Origin: an uncultured Candidatus Saccharibacteria bacterium
Lineage (GTDB): Bacteria; Patescibacteriota; Minisyncoccia; Phycocordibacterales; UBA12088
Length of the DNA: 64,000 bases
Direction of reading: 5' to 3'
Assembly (NCBI GenBank): GCA_964562615.1
Contig: CAZLUD010000002.1
Coordinates: 153,300 to 217,299, forward strand
Shown here: piece after piece, positions 24,769 to 34,317 of the stretch
Layout of the letters: each line of letters starts with the position of its first letter
Numbering within the stretch: the stretch's first letter is position 1
Translations under genes and position numbers: made by a program
Notes under the pieces: generated by a model
Databases searched by the model: none
What the model was told of the DNA's origin: nothing
What the model saw: only the letters and a program-made list of their open reading frames with translations

Positions 24769-27114
24769 TTATCTAACGGTATGTCCTAGACTGGTGAGTG
24801 TGTTAGTGATGGCGGTCATACGCTCAAGAATTTCACTATCGGTAAGTGTTTTGGTGCGAGACAAAAACACCAATCGATACGCGTATGATACCTTGCCTTC
24901 CTTTTCAAATTGATCAAACAAATCAATGCGTGCAAGCAATGCTCCTGCCTGTGTACGAATTATGTCTTCTATCTCAAAAGATGAGACCTCATTAGGTACC
25001 CATAGGGCAATATCTCGAAGGGCAAATGGATACTGAGATATAGGCTGATATCGCACGTCATCAGTCTCTTTCAAAAAATCATACGCGACATCTTCGGGTA
25101 TAGTGACATCAGTAATGTCATACTCCACTACGTTGTCTGATTGATGTACCGCGGCGATATCACCTATCACTTCTTGTATACTCTCTGCACCTTCTTCAAG
25201 CATGGTGCGTAGTGTCGCTTCTCGCTTTTTTTGTGTTGTTTCAGCTGCGTATGCAACATGAAGCCGCTCTCCTTCTTTACTAAAGACAATACCAATTTCA
25301 AATATCATAATGTCACTACCTCCCCACAATGGCGCGTGCGGGAGATTCTTTTTTGCCGTAAGGGCGAGTGTCTCGTGTAGTGATTCTCGCAAATGTGATT
25401 TGTCTGAGGCAAGCGCGTTTTTAAGTTCTACCGCTCCTTTATCAAGTAGCGTAGAGGTGATGACTTCATTCCATCCACGTGCAACAAACGCTGCGCGAAG
25501 TCGGTGTGCAATATAGTGATGTGGGTGCGGTACAACCGGCCCATCAAATGGTGGTAACGTGGCAGATGCAATTGCTCGATATCCAGCTATTCTTCCAATC
25601 TCCTCAATAACATCTTCTCTGATACGGATGTCTCTGCGTTCAGCAGGTACAGCAATAACAAATCGCTCATCCTCAGTACCCAACCCCAACATAGAGCGGT
25701 ACCCAACAATGGTAGTAAATCGCTCACTTGTTTGTAGTGGTTCCATCACCACACCGCTACCACCTGTGGAGTGGAGCACCATACCATCTCCCATATAGAT
25801 ACCAACATGATCAACACCAACGGGGACCTTGGTACCCTTTTTGTATTCGATGCTTTCGTAATGAATGGTACCAACACCGGTGTTCGCAAACACCAAATCA
25901 CCAGGCTGAGGGTCAGTGACCTCTGTGCCAAACACATATTGATCTACCGACATACGTGGGATAGCAACCCCACTCATTGCGTACACATATGCCGTAAGTG
26001 ATGAACAATCAAATGTCTCTGGCGCATCGTACCGTATACGCGCGCCAAGCTTGTACGCCTTACCAAGGAGTGTTGGTGCATGCGCGCAGATATGCTGACG
26101 CGGCGCTATTACTTCAAAAGGAAGCTGCGCCCTTGTGAGTAAGGCAACTACTTCTTCTTTGGTGTACGACGTACCAAGGAGTGCATGTATCTCACGCAGT
26201 GAGACGCCTACTTTGTAGGGTGCAGGTAGAGGTACTTCTTGTATCGCCTCACCCACAAGCGTACCCGAAGCTATATCCATAATAAGAGAAACCACTTCAC
26301 GAAGGGCAATGGCAGTGAGTTCGATTGGTGGTTGGTTTTGAAAACGAACAGACGCATCAGTAGCAAGCTTTAATCGTTGTGAGGTTGCGCGTATTGATGC
26401 GTAGTTAAAGTGCCCCGCTTCAACCAAAATAGTTTTTGTGTTTGTATCCACCTCTGCGTGCTTGCCGCCTTTGACGCCTGCTATCCCTATTGGAGTGCTT
26501 GTCACCGCATCATAGATTAGCAGCGTGTCCTTGTTTAGCGTGTAGGTATCACCCGTAAGGGTGGTGATAGATTCGCCATCTTTTGCAGATTGAACCGCTA
26601 GGTTGTACTTCCCTTGTTCATCTTTACCAAGCTTGTCTGCATCAAATGCATGCAGTGGTTGTCCAAGCTCATACATGACATAGTTTGTCGCATCTACGAC
26701 ATTATTGATGCTTTTTTGTCCAAGACGAGTAAGATACTGCCGCAGCCACTCGGGCGATGGTTCAACAGACACCCCTTCAAGAAGCGCTATACGATATGAA
26801 TCACACAGTGAAGGCGACTCAACCGCAACACGCACTCTATCTGTAGCAGGTAGTAGTTGCGGGTGTGGTTGTCGTAGTGGATCTTTTACAAGTGGTATCG
26901 AGAGTATTACAGAGAGCTCACGAGCAATACCAAGGTGACACAGGCAATCACCTGATCTGTTTGCAAGTACATCAACATCAATTATGTCATCGCCATCAAC
27001 ATGAGCTACTCCCTCAATTTCAAATGAGTGAAAGGTGAGTAGTTCAACAAGCTTCTCGCTTGATGGAAGCGTGTCGGCAAAATAGGTCTGAAGCTGAGCG
27101 CGAGAAACTTTCAT
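24769..27114 (-). CDS. pheT: phenylalanyl-tRNA synthetase beta subunit carrying an inserted NlpC/P60-like domain
   Basis: B3_4 region (NNVVDATNYVMYELGQPLHAFD), B5 halves (SLREIHALLGTSYTKEEVVALL ... VPAERRDIRIREDVIEEIGRIAGY) and a C-terminal FDX-ACB-like end. No N-terminal tRNA-binding OB domain. Confidence 0.92.
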   Translation of the reverse strand: MKVSRAQLQTYFADTLPSSEKLVELLTFHSFEIEGVAHVDGDDIIDVDVLANRSGDCLCHLGIARELSVILSIPLVKDPLRQPHPQLLPATDRVRVAVESPSLCDSYRIALLEGVSVEPSPEWLRQYLTRLGQKSINNVVDATNYVMYELGQPLHAFDADKLGKDEQGKYNLAVQSAKDGESITTLTGDTYTLNKDTLLIYDAVTSTPIGIAGVKGGKHAEVDTNTKTILVEAGHFNYASIRATSQRLKLATDASVRFQNQPPIELTAIALREVVSLIMDIASGTLVGEAIQEVPLPAPYKVGVSLREIHALLGTSYTKEEVVALLTRAQLPFEVIAPRQHICAHAPTLLGKAYKLGARIRYDAPETFDCSSLTAYVYAMSGVAIPRMSVDQYVFGTEVTDPQPGDLVFANTGVGTIHYESIEYKKGTKVPVGVDHVGIYMGDGMVLHSTGGSGVVMEPLQTSERFTTIVGYRSMLGLGTEDERFVIAVPAERRDIRIREDVIEEIGRIAGYRAIASATLPPFDGPVVPHPHHYIAHRLRAAFVARGWNEVITSTLLDKGAVELKNALASDKSHLRESLHETLALTAKKNLPHAPLWGGSDIMIFEIGIVFSKEGERLHVAYAAETTQKKREATLRTMLEEGAESIQEVIGDIAAVHQSDNVVEYDITDVTIPEDVAYDFLKETDDVRYQPISQYPFALRDIALWVPNEVSSFEIEDIIRTQAGALLARIDLFDQFEKEGKVSYAYRLVFLSRTKTLTDSEILERMTAITNTLTSLGHTVR
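25669..26109 (-). other. NlpC/P60-like cysteine peptidase/acyltransferase-fold insertion in PheT (aa about 336-482)
   Basis: GKAYKLGARIRYDAPETFDCSSLTAYVY (Cys370), PGDLVF, DHVGIYMGDGMVLHS (His436, His448). The canonical NlpC/P60 motif order and catalytic residues are intact. Confidence 0.7.
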
Positions 27115-27115
27115 A

Positions 27116-27826
27116 CTAAAATTGTGTCACTAGTCGCAGGTCGCCATAATGAAATAGTCGTACGTCTTCAATGCCGTACTTAACTGCAACCAGACGCTCT
27201 ATTCCTGCCCCAAAGGCAAAGCCCTGATATAGCTCTGGATCAAGTCCTGCATTTTTAAGCACGGTTGGATGCACCATCCCCGCCCCCATAACCTCAAGCC
27301 AACGTTCAGTACCGTCCTTTTTCTTTAGATACATATCCACCTCGACACCGGGCTCAACAAAAGGAAAGTACCCAGGGCGAAACCTCACCGGAACGGATGC
27401 TCCATAAAACTCACTAAAGAATTGTTCAAGGGTACCCTTAAGATGCGCAAGCGTCACCGCCCCCTTCTTATCAATAACAAGTCCTTCAACCTGAAAAAAC
27501 TGTGCTTCATGCGTTGCGTCGGTTGCTTCATTTCTGTAGACGCGCCCCGGCACAATAATCCGTATTGGTGGGGTGTGTGTTTCCATATACCTAATCTGTA
27601 CCGGTGAGGTGTGTGTGCGTAATACAGTCTCTTCTCTATCTTTAACAAAAAAGGTATCTTGCGCGTCTCTCGCGGGATGATTTTTTGGCACATTAAGGGC
27701 ATCAAAGTTATACCACTCACTTTCTATAATTGGACCCTCCGCAAGGGTAAATCCCATACCAGAAAAAATCTCCGTGATGCGAGATATTGCCATCGATATT
27801 GGATGTACGTGTCCCTTTTCCTTCAT
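27116..27826 (-). CDS. pheS: phenylalanyl-tRNA synthetase alpha subunit (short form)
   Basis: HPARDAQDTFF, LRTHTSPVQIR, FRPGYFPFVEPG and GAGMVHP class II motifs. Start at MKEKGHVHP. The N-terminal coiled-coil is absent. Confidence 0.9.
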   Translation of the reverse strand: MKEKGHVHPISMAISRITEIFSGMGFTLAEGPIIESEWYNFDALNVPKNHPARDAQDTFFVKDREETVLRTHTSPVQIRYMETHTPPIRIIVPGRVYRNEATDATHEAQFFQVEGLVIDKKGAVTLAHLKGTLEQFFSEFYGASVPVRFRPGYFPFVEPGVEVDMYLKKKDGTERWLEVMGAGMVHPTVLKNAGLDPELYQGFAFGAGIERLVAVKYGIEDVRLFHYGDLRLVTQF

Positions 27827-27974
27827 GTGTAAGAAGTATAGCAAAAATGTCACATTTGGCGACTTTACAATACATCATCATATGATAAGCGCGCAGTTTT
27901 TTACCAAGGTGACAAATCTGATTTTGTTATTACAAGCCTCGCTTTTTTGGTAGTTTCTGCTACAGTTTATAGTA

Positions 27975-29219
27975 ATGAGTGGAGTAATCGAGGCGCTCAT
28001 GTACATATTCCTCTTCACCACCCTCTATTTTGAGGTGTTTCTCCTATTGGCATTTTTAGAGCGAGGAAAGGGTACCGACAAAGGCGAGGACGCGCCCGAG
28101 CTTACCCGCTACCCGCACGTCTCAATTATCGTACCTGCCTTCAATGAAGAGCAAGCGGTTATAGATACAATTCACTCTCTTCTTAATCTTAATTACCCAA
28201 AGCATAAGCTGTCTATCATTGCCGTTGATGACGGAAGTACCGACGACACTTGGCAAAAACTGCAAGCCTTCAGTAGTCATCCGATGGTCACTCTTCTCCG
28301 AAAAGAAAACGGGGGCAAACACACCGCACTCAATCTCGGTATTAAAGACTGCAAGAGTGAGCTTATTGGATGCCTGGATTCAGATTCTACGGTCCACAAA
28401 GACGCGCTTCGCTACATAGTGAGAGAGTTCTTGCTTAACGAAAAAGTTGACGCAGTCACCCCCGCTATGCGCATACAATCACCGCGCACCATACTTGAAA
28501 GAGTACAAGCGGCAGAATACACCCTAGGTATTTTTATGCGCAGGACCTTTTCATTCATGAATACCCAGATAGTTACCCCGGGGCCATTTTCGCTATTTCG
28601 TCGCTCCACCTTTGAAAAATTGGGCCCCTACAAAAAGGCGCACAACACCGAGGATCTTGAGTACGCGCTTCGTATCCAAGCATCACAAGGCCAGATCGCT
28701 AATGCGCCACACGCGCTCGTATACACACCCGGTAAGCGCGGTCTCTCTAACCTTCTTAACCAGCGAGTACGTTGGACCTATGGTTTTTTAAGAAATGCCC
28801 GCGACTACAAGCATCTCTTTTTTAACAAAGCGTATGGTGATTTGAGCTTTTTTGTACTTCCTAGCGCACTCCTTGCTATTGGGAGCGCAATCACACTTGC
28901 CGTCCTAAGCCTTTACACCTTTGGTATGAATATCGCAGAGAGAATAGCGCAATACTACTATGGCGGATTTAATTTTTCGTTTGGCATAAACTGGTTTTTC
29001 ATCAATACGGACGCGCTCATTTTTGTCATCGTAGTAGTACTCACCCTTACCCTATCGCTTATGATTCTTGGATTTGCGTTGGCGCGTGACAAGGTAAATC
29101 CAATCAACATAGGCGCCTACTTTGCTCTCTATGGACTCATTGCCCCGTTGTGGCTAGCACAGGCAGTAATACGAGTACTGCTAAAACGAGAATCAAGTTG
29201 GCAGCAAGAGCGCTCATAA
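27975..29219 (+). CDS. processive family-2 glycosyltransferase (membrane-embedded synthase type)
   Basis: VSIIVPAFNEE, AVDDGSTDDT, LDSDS and QRVRWTYG (the Q-x-x-R-W motif), with flanking TM helices. Confidence 0.85.
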   Translation: MSGVIEALMYIFLFTTLYFEVFLLLAFLERGKGTDKGEDAPELTRYPHVSIIVPAFNEEQAVIDTIHSLLNLNYPKHKLSIIAVDDGSTDDTWQKLQAFSSHPMVTLLRKENGGKHTALNLGIKDCKSELIGCLDSDSTVHKDALRYIVREFLLNEKVDAVTPAMRIQSPRTILERVQAAEYTLGIFMRRTFSFMNTQIVTPGPFSLFRRSTFEKLGPYKKAHNTEDLEYALRIQASQGQIANAPHALVYTPGKRGLSNLLNQRVRWTYGFLRNARDYKHLFFNKAYGDLSFFVLPSALLAIGSAITLAVLSLYTFGMNIAERIAQYYYGGFNFSFGINWFFINTDALIFVIVVVLTLTLSLMILGFALARDKVNPINIGAYFALYGLIAPLWLAQAVIRVLLKRESSWQQERS

Positions 29220-29231
29220 TCCCTAAACTCT

Positions 29232-29906
29232 ATGCGAGAAACTAATCTAACCAGATACATATCGGCATTCCTTATTACGGGAACAATATTTGCTACTGCC
29301 TTTTACGTGAGCAATAACCTTAATCAAAAGCGTATAGAGCAAATACGCCAAATTGAGGAGAAGATTTCCGTTGATATTCTTTCTCTTGAAACACAGTTTG
29401 ACCTGCTTGAACAACTCTCCTGCAACCAAATAAAAGAAAACCCTGTTCTCTCGCAAGAGCTTCAGGGGCTAGCCGACAGACTACAGTACGCAGAAGAAGA
29501 GCTTGGTACAGATGACGAGCGTGTTATTGAGCTAAAAAAATCTTACTCTCTGCTCCTTATAAAGGACGCCGTCTTGATGGAGCGTGTTAAAGAAAAATGT
29601 GACATCACCCCAATCGTGATGTACTACTTCTATTCAAATGAAGGTGACTGTGAGGATTGTACCAAGCAAGGCTATGTACTTACCCGCATAGGTAGAGAGT
29701 ACCCTGCTGCTCGTATTTATGCCTTTGACTACAACCTCGACCTCTCTGCGCTACGCACCCTTATCGCTATTCATGAGGTGAAAAACACCCTTCCTGCACT
29801 CATTATTGATGATGTCGTTCATTATGGATTTAATGATTTTGAAACTCTTCAAGAGCGTATACCGTCGCTAGTAGCAACCACCACCGCTACATCAACCGAG
29901 CGATAG
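29232..29906 (+). CDS. membrane-anchored hypothetical protein with coiled-coil and a CxxC (thioredoxin-like?) region
   Basis: TM anchor ISAFLITGTIFATAFYV and the motif YFYSNEGDCEDCTKQGYVL. It sits 12 nt downstream of the GT2 gene. Confidence 0.5.
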   Translation: MRETNLTRYISAFLITGTIFATAFYVSNNLNQKRIEQIRQIEEKISVDILSLETQFDLLEQLSCNQIKENPVLSQELQGLADRLQYAEEELGTDDERVIELKKSYSLLLIKDAVLMERVKEKCDITPIVMYYFYSNEGDCEDCTKQGYVLTRIGREYPAARIYAFDYNLDLSALRTLIAIHEVKNTLPALIIDDVVHYGFNDFETLQERIPSLVATTTATSTER

Positions 29907-29911
29907 TGTGG

Positions 29912-30409
29912 CTATGCTTTAGGGGTTGCGTTTATTTCTCTCTCTGCTCGTTCTGCAAAAGCAAGAAAATCTGCTATCTCTTCTACTGTCATTGTTTTTG
30001 GTGTGTCACCCTTTATACAAAACACTCCCACTGCTTTGCCTGTTGCCTGATCATACAAAGACTTACCCGCATAAAATCGAACATACGGCTCTCCTAACAC
30101 CATAGGATTATCTTTGAAACGATCATCCAATAGCGTGTCGGGGACTACAAGCATTACTTCAGAAATAAGCGCATGTCCACAGAATGAGGTTGCTCGTGGT
30201 GCCTCCTTTTCAGTAAGGCCTTGTACGGATTTGTACCATTCTCTACCCTCATCAACTAACGTAATGGTAGATATGGGGACAGAAAATCTTGCCACCGCCT
30301 CTCTGGTTATTCGATCAAATCGCTCTTCATTTGAGGTATCAAGTAGTGATAACCCATGAAGTGCACACAAACGCTCCTTCTCATCCCTTGGTAAAGGTGC
30401 ATGTAACAT
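29912..30409 (-). CDS. stand-alone GAF domain protein
   Basis: EKERLCALHGLSLLDTSNEERFDRITREA...REWYKSVQGL...TSFCGHAL...DDRFKDNPMV...VRFYAG is a classic GAF sensor pattern. Confidence 0.8.
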   Translation of the reverse strand: MLHAPLPRDEKERLCALHGLSLLDTSNEERFDRITREAVARFSVPISTITLVDEGREWYKSVQGLTEKEAPRATSFCGHALISEVMLVVPDTLLDDRFKDNPMVLGEPYVRFYAGKSLYDQATGKAVGVFCIKGDTPKTMTVEEIADFLAFAERAEREINATPKA

Positions 30410-30535
30410 ACTGTGATAAAACTAAGTAAATAAATTACTGAGTCACATGTCCGACACCTAGATGGCATCAGTACACGAACACATACCCATGAGCTTCAGG
30501 AGCTTCTATTGCTAGCAATAATACCGCAATCGTAT

Positions 30536-31045
30536 TTAGTCGACAACTATCTCTACCCCAACAAAAAACAAAACATTTTTATTAGTATCTAAAATGGGTG
30601 AAATCTGTAGCGTCACATTATAAAACTGACCATCCTTTCTCCTGTTTGCGATATTAAGGGTTATTGGGGATTTGTTCGCGATCATCACTGACCACGCCTC
30701 ATCATAAAATTCTTTTGGCATGTGCCCTCCCCAAAGCTCAGACGGTCTTTTACCGATAATCTCTTGTATGGGGTACTGAGTAGCTTCGACTACTGCATTG
30801 TTAACAAACATAATTGCTCCTGTGCTATCAGTGATGATGACTTGCTCTTTCATGGTCTCAAACACACGATTAAGCGTGCCACATCGCAGGCACTTTATCT
30901 CAGCACCATCAAGGCCATGATGCTTTGCTAACAACTTACCGCACTTCATACACCGAACATCTTTAAGTACAGATGGAAGAATGTCTGATGTGGCTACGGA
31001 TGGGTTGTTCATAGGCGAGTAACCACTATATGGTATACCAACCAC
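30536..31045 (-). CDS. Com-like zinc-ribbon fused to a PAS domain
   Basis: CMKCGKLLAKHHGLDGAEIKCLRCGTLN (CxxC...CxxC), then a PAS-like segment IITDSTGAIMFVNNAVVEATQYPIQEIIGKRPSELWGG...RRKDGQFYNVTLQISPI. The start is uncertain (31045 or 31012). Confidence 0.65.
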   Translation of the reverse strand: MVGIPYSGYSPMNNPSVATSDILPSVLKDVRCMKCGKLLAKHHGLDGAEIKCLRCGTLNRVFETMKEQVIITDSTGAIMFVNNAVVEATQYPIQEIIGKRPSELWGGHMPKEFYDEAWSVMIANKSPITLNIANRRKDGQFYNVTLQISPILDTNKNVLFFVGVEIVVD

Positions 31046-31100
31046 GGTTACTAATAAATAGAGACATACTTGCGGTATAACTCTCTACCACTCTTACTCT

Positions 31101-31176
31101 TGGAGCCAGCAGTCAGATTCGAACTGACGACCTGCCGCTTACAAGGCGGCTGCTCTACCAACTGAGCTATGCTGGC
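31101..31176 (-). tRNA. tRNA-Thr (anticodon UGU), CCA encoded
   Basis: The reverse complement folds as a cloverleaf: acceptor GCCAGCA/TGCTGGC, D stem GCTC/GAGC, anticodon stem GCCGC/GCGGC with loop CTTGTAA, T arm GTCAG-TTCGAAT-CTGAC, discriminator T and CCA. Total 76 nt. Confidence 0.9.
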
Positions 31177-31189
31177 GCTTGGTACTACT

Positions 31190-31555
31190 TTACTTCCTTC
31201 CTCTCCTCCCTACTTCCTCTAAAAACTCTGACGTCTCTGTCTTGCCTCGCTTTGGTGTATATTTACCTCGTATAAACATAACCACATTGGTAAGTCTCCG
31301 TTCTAGCGCTCGCACCACTAAAAGTGATGTGTACGCCACCGTATGACTGCCATATGTTAGCATTTTTTTTACCGCATCGCGAAGGGTGTGTTCGGTAAAG
31401 CGCTTCAACGCAAGCACCGTACGAATAACTGCAGAATCCAACATACTGCGTACGTCCTTAAAAAAGACAACGTCTCTTCTAATTTCATACGACCGTACAG
31501 TAAATAGTACTGCAATACCCCAAAGCGACACCAAAAAGACCCATGTAAGTATCAT
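31190..31555 (-). CDS. hypothetical membrane-anchored protein
   Basis: 121-aa ORF with an N-terminal TM (MILTWVFLVSLWGIAVLFTV) and a basic helical remainder. Confidence 0.45.
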   Translation of the reverse strand: MILTWVFLVSLWGIAVLFTVRSYEIRRDVVFFKDVRSMLDSAVIRTVLALKRFTEHTLRDAVKKMLTYGSHTVAYTSLLVVRALERRLTNVVMFIRGKYTPKRGKTETSEFLEEVGRRGRK

Positions 31556-31570
31556 GGTAATAATTGCGTA

Positions 31571-32152
31571 TTAGCGCACTCCCAAACGAACACATTCGGT
31601 TACCTCAATACGCTCACCAAACTTTTGCGTTGCCTCTTCAACGAGATCACGAATAGTCTTTGATGAGTCTTTCACAAATGGTTGTTCAAGAAGAACCTTT
31701 TCTTTAAGGTAATCGTTAAGTTTACCTTCAACAATTTGTGCTCGTATATTTTCAGGCTTCTCTTCAGCCTCTCGTTCAAACACCTCTTTCGCTGCGCGGA
31801 TGTCTTCTGGCTTTACCTGCTCCTTAGACACAAACTGTGGCGCCATAGCAGCTGCATGTAGCGCTATCTCGTACGCGAGCTTTTTGAAGTCCTCGTTCTT
31901 AGAAACAAAATCTGTTTCTGAAGAAAGAAGCACCATAGCGCCAACATCACCAGAGGCGTGTATGTAGGCAGCTACCGCACCTGCACCAAGTGTTCTGTCT
32001 GCTTTTTTCTCTGCTGCTCTGCTTGATTTTTTGCGGAGCAACACGAGTGCTTTCTCGTCATCGCCACCCGCTTCTTCAAGCGCCTTTTTACACTCCATGA
32101 CAGATACTCCCGTTTTGTCACGAAGTGCCTTGATTTGATCAGTTGATACCAT
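31571..32152 (-). CDS. tsf: translation elongation factor Ts (short form)
   Basis: IKALRDKTGVSVMECKKALEEAGGDDEKALVLLRKK (UBA-like N-terminus) plus a dimerisation core. Only 193 aa. Confidence 0.9.
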   Translation of the reverse strand: MVSTDQIKALRDKTGVSVMECKKALEEAGGDDEKALVLLRKKSSRAAEKKADRTLGAGAVAAYIHASGDVGAMVLLSSETDFVSKNEDFKKLAYEIALHAAAMAPQFVSKEQVKPEDIRAAKEVFEREAEEKPENIRAQIVEGKLNDYLKEKVLLEQPFVKDSSKTIRDLVEEATQKFGERIEVTECVRLGVR

Positions 32153-32184
32153 AGAGCAATGTTAAACCTGATTATTGTACTCGC

Positions 32185-32907
32185 TTATTGTACCACAGGC
32201 GCATTCTTCATGCCGTGTTCATACGCCTCTTTTAGCTCTTCCAAAATAATAGAAATTGTTTTTTGTGAGCTGTCATTAGCAAGCACCGGAAAGGATACTG
32301 CGGTAAGGTCACAGTCTGAATTACCAATACCGAGCACAGGGATATTTCTTGCCTTTGCTTCATTGATAGCAATTTCTTCGTGTTTGGTGTCTACCACCAC
32401 AAGAAGTGCAGGCAATTGATCCTTCATAGGAAGGAGACCTGAAAACTGCAATTCAAGCTTCGCAATCTCTCTATCAATAAGTAGTCGCTCTTTCTTGGTG
32501 TACTTCTTCTGAAATTCGCCCTTTTCTCTGCTTATGCGAAGTGACTCAAGGCGAGCGATTCTTTTCTTTATTTCTGCAAAGTTAGTGAGGGTACCACCAA
32601 TCCATCTACCGGCAACAAATGGCATTGAAAGCTCACCTGCTACCGCTCGTACTGGCTTTTGTGCCTCTTGTTTGCCTCCAACAAAAAGAACCACCTTTTT
32701 GTCCTTTCCATAATTAGCAATAGCCTCCTTTGCCTTTTCGATAAGGTCAGAAGCTTTTTCAAGGTCTAATATTTCAGTGTTGTTTTTCACTCCAAAGATA
32801 AACTTTGTTGTGCTTGGATGGCGTCGTGATCGGCTATAGCCAAAGTGCGCCCCTGCTCCGAATAGGCGTTCAATAAGCTTTTCTTTATTTGGTGTCGTTT
32901 GACTCAT
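32185..32907 (-). CDS. rpsB: 30S ribosomal protein S2
   Basis: LFGAGAHFGYSRSRRHPS, VLFVGGKQEA, FVAGRWIGGTLTNF. Start taken at MSQTTPN. Confidence 0.92.
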   Translation of the reverse strand: MSQTTPNKEKLIERLFGAGAHFGYSRSRRHPSTTKFIFGVKNNTEILDLEKASDLIEKAKEAIANYGKDKKVVLFVGGKQEAQKPVRAVAGELSMPFVAGRWIGGTLTNFAEIKKRIARLESLRISREKGEFQKKYTKKERLLIDREIAKLELQFSGLLPMKDQLPALLVVVDTKHEEIAINEAKARNIPVLGIGNSDCDLTAVSFPVLANDSSQKTISIILEELKEAYEHGMKNAPVVQ

Positions 32908-32936
32908 GTTGCAGTACTGTACCAAAGATGGCGACT

Positions 32937-33923
32937 TTAGGCAACCCCATCTCCTTGGTGCTGGAGGGCACTCTCGGCTGCCTCTAGGGCGGCTACCACA
33001 GCCTCAATATCCCCTAGCATAATACCCTCGATATTGTGCCATGACTCCTTTATCCGGTGATCGGTAACTCTATCCTGCAAAAAATTGTAGGTTCGTATTT
33101 TTTCAGATCTATCAGCGGTACCCACCTGCTCTTTTCGAGTTGCGGCGTACTTTTTTGCCTCTTCTTCCTCGTAATACTTTTCAAGCTTGGCAGTCAAAAT
33201 CATAAGTGCCTTTTCGCGATTGGCTAGCTGTGATCGCTCAGAGGTAGAGCGCACATCAATACCGGTAGGTTTATGGATAAGCCTCACGGCAGTTTCCACC
33301 TTGTTAACATTTTGCCCTCCCGCACCTCCCGATCGTGAAAATTCCATTTCAAGATCAGTAGGAGGAATTTCTAATTTACTTTTCTTCCTAATAGGAAGCA
33401 CCGCAACTGATGCGGTAGACGTGTGGATGCGTCCTGTCTTTTCGGTTGCAGGTATTCTTTGAACTCTATGTACTCCCGTCTCAAATCTGAGCGCCTTATA
33501 TACACCTAGTCCGTGTATCTCAAAAGACGCTTCTTTGTACCCGCCAAGCGCTGCAGGAGAGGTGGCGAGTTTCTTCATACTCCATCCTTTTGTCTCGGCA
33601 TACCGCTCATACATAACCGCTAATTCTTCAGCAAAGAGTGCCGCTTCTTCACCTCCTGCACCTGCACGCACCTCAAGTATTGCCTCATTAGGAAAGGCAT
33701 CCTCCTCCTCTTCTTGTTTAGCAATAGATTTGAGTTGATCTACCAGTGCATCAAGTTGCGCTTGGATATTATGGAGATCATCCTCAGCTAGTGCTTTCAT
33801 TTCTTCATCATGCTCCATGAGAAGCACTGTTTCTTGTTTGTTTTTTATCAAACGTTCATACTCACCTGCAAGGTATGCGGTTTTTTGATTTTCTTTAAAG
33901 GGTGATATATCAAAGTCTTCCAT
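32937..33923 (-). CDS. prfA: peptide chain release factor 1
   Basis: The GGQ motif ([18 protein letters not shown]) and the RF1-type PxT tripeptide context ([16 protein letters not shown]). Confidence 0.88.
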   Translation of the reverse strand: MEDFDISPFKENQKTAYLAGEYERLIKNKQETVLLMEHDEEMKALAEDDLHNIQAQLDALVDQLKSIAKQEEEEDAFPNEAILEVRAGAGGEEAALFAEELAVMYERYAETKGWSMKKLATSPAALGGYKEASFEIHGLGVYKALRFETGVHRVQRIPATEKTGRIHTSTASVAVLPIRKKSKLEIPPTDLEMEFSRSGGAGGQNVNKVETAVRLIHKPTGIDVRSTSERSQLANREKALMILTAKLEKYYEEEEAKKYAATRKEQVGTADRSEKIRTYNFLQDRVTDHRIKESWHNIEGIMLGDIEAVVAALEAAESALQHQGDGVA

Positions 33924-33936
33924 GGTTTTTAGTATA

Positions 33937-33970
33937 CAAAAATGCGCCTCGCGGAGCGAGGCGCATTTTT
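33937..33970. terminator. bidirectional terminator downstream of rpmE
   Basis: aaaaatgcgcctcgc-ggag-cgaggcgcattttt, flanked by gtatac on both sides. Confidence 0.7.
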
Positions 33971-33986
33971 GTATACGGGTGCATCA

Positions 33987-34256
33987 TTACGCCTTACTTT
34001 CTTTACCCTTTGCTGCAGCTGCTCGCTTCTTAAATTTATCTACGCGTCCTGCGGTGTCGATAACTGTCTCCTTTCCTGTATAAAATGGGTGTGATGCGCT
34101 TGAGATTTCAACACTTGCGTATGGGTACTCATTGCCGTCTTTTGCCTTCTTGGTACCGCTCGTTTTAAGGGTTGAGGCAATAATATACTGCTCCCCGCTT
34201 GAGATATCCTCAAAAAGGACCGGTCGATATTCTTTTGGATGTATGTCTTTCTTCAT
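33987..34256 (-). CDS. rpmE: 50S ribosomal protein L31 (type B, no Zn motif)
   Basis: [10 protein letters not shown]...[27 protein letters not shown]. Confidence 0.9.
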   Translation of the reverse strand: MKKDIHPKEYRPVLFEDISSGEQYIIASTLKTSGTKKAKDGNEYPYASVEISSASHPFYTGKETVIDTAGRVDKFKKRAAAAKGKESKA

Positions 34257-34317
34257 GTCAGAAAACTATACCAGAGAAGCGATAAAAGGCAAGAATGTCT
34301 AGCCAGTGACAAGGTCA

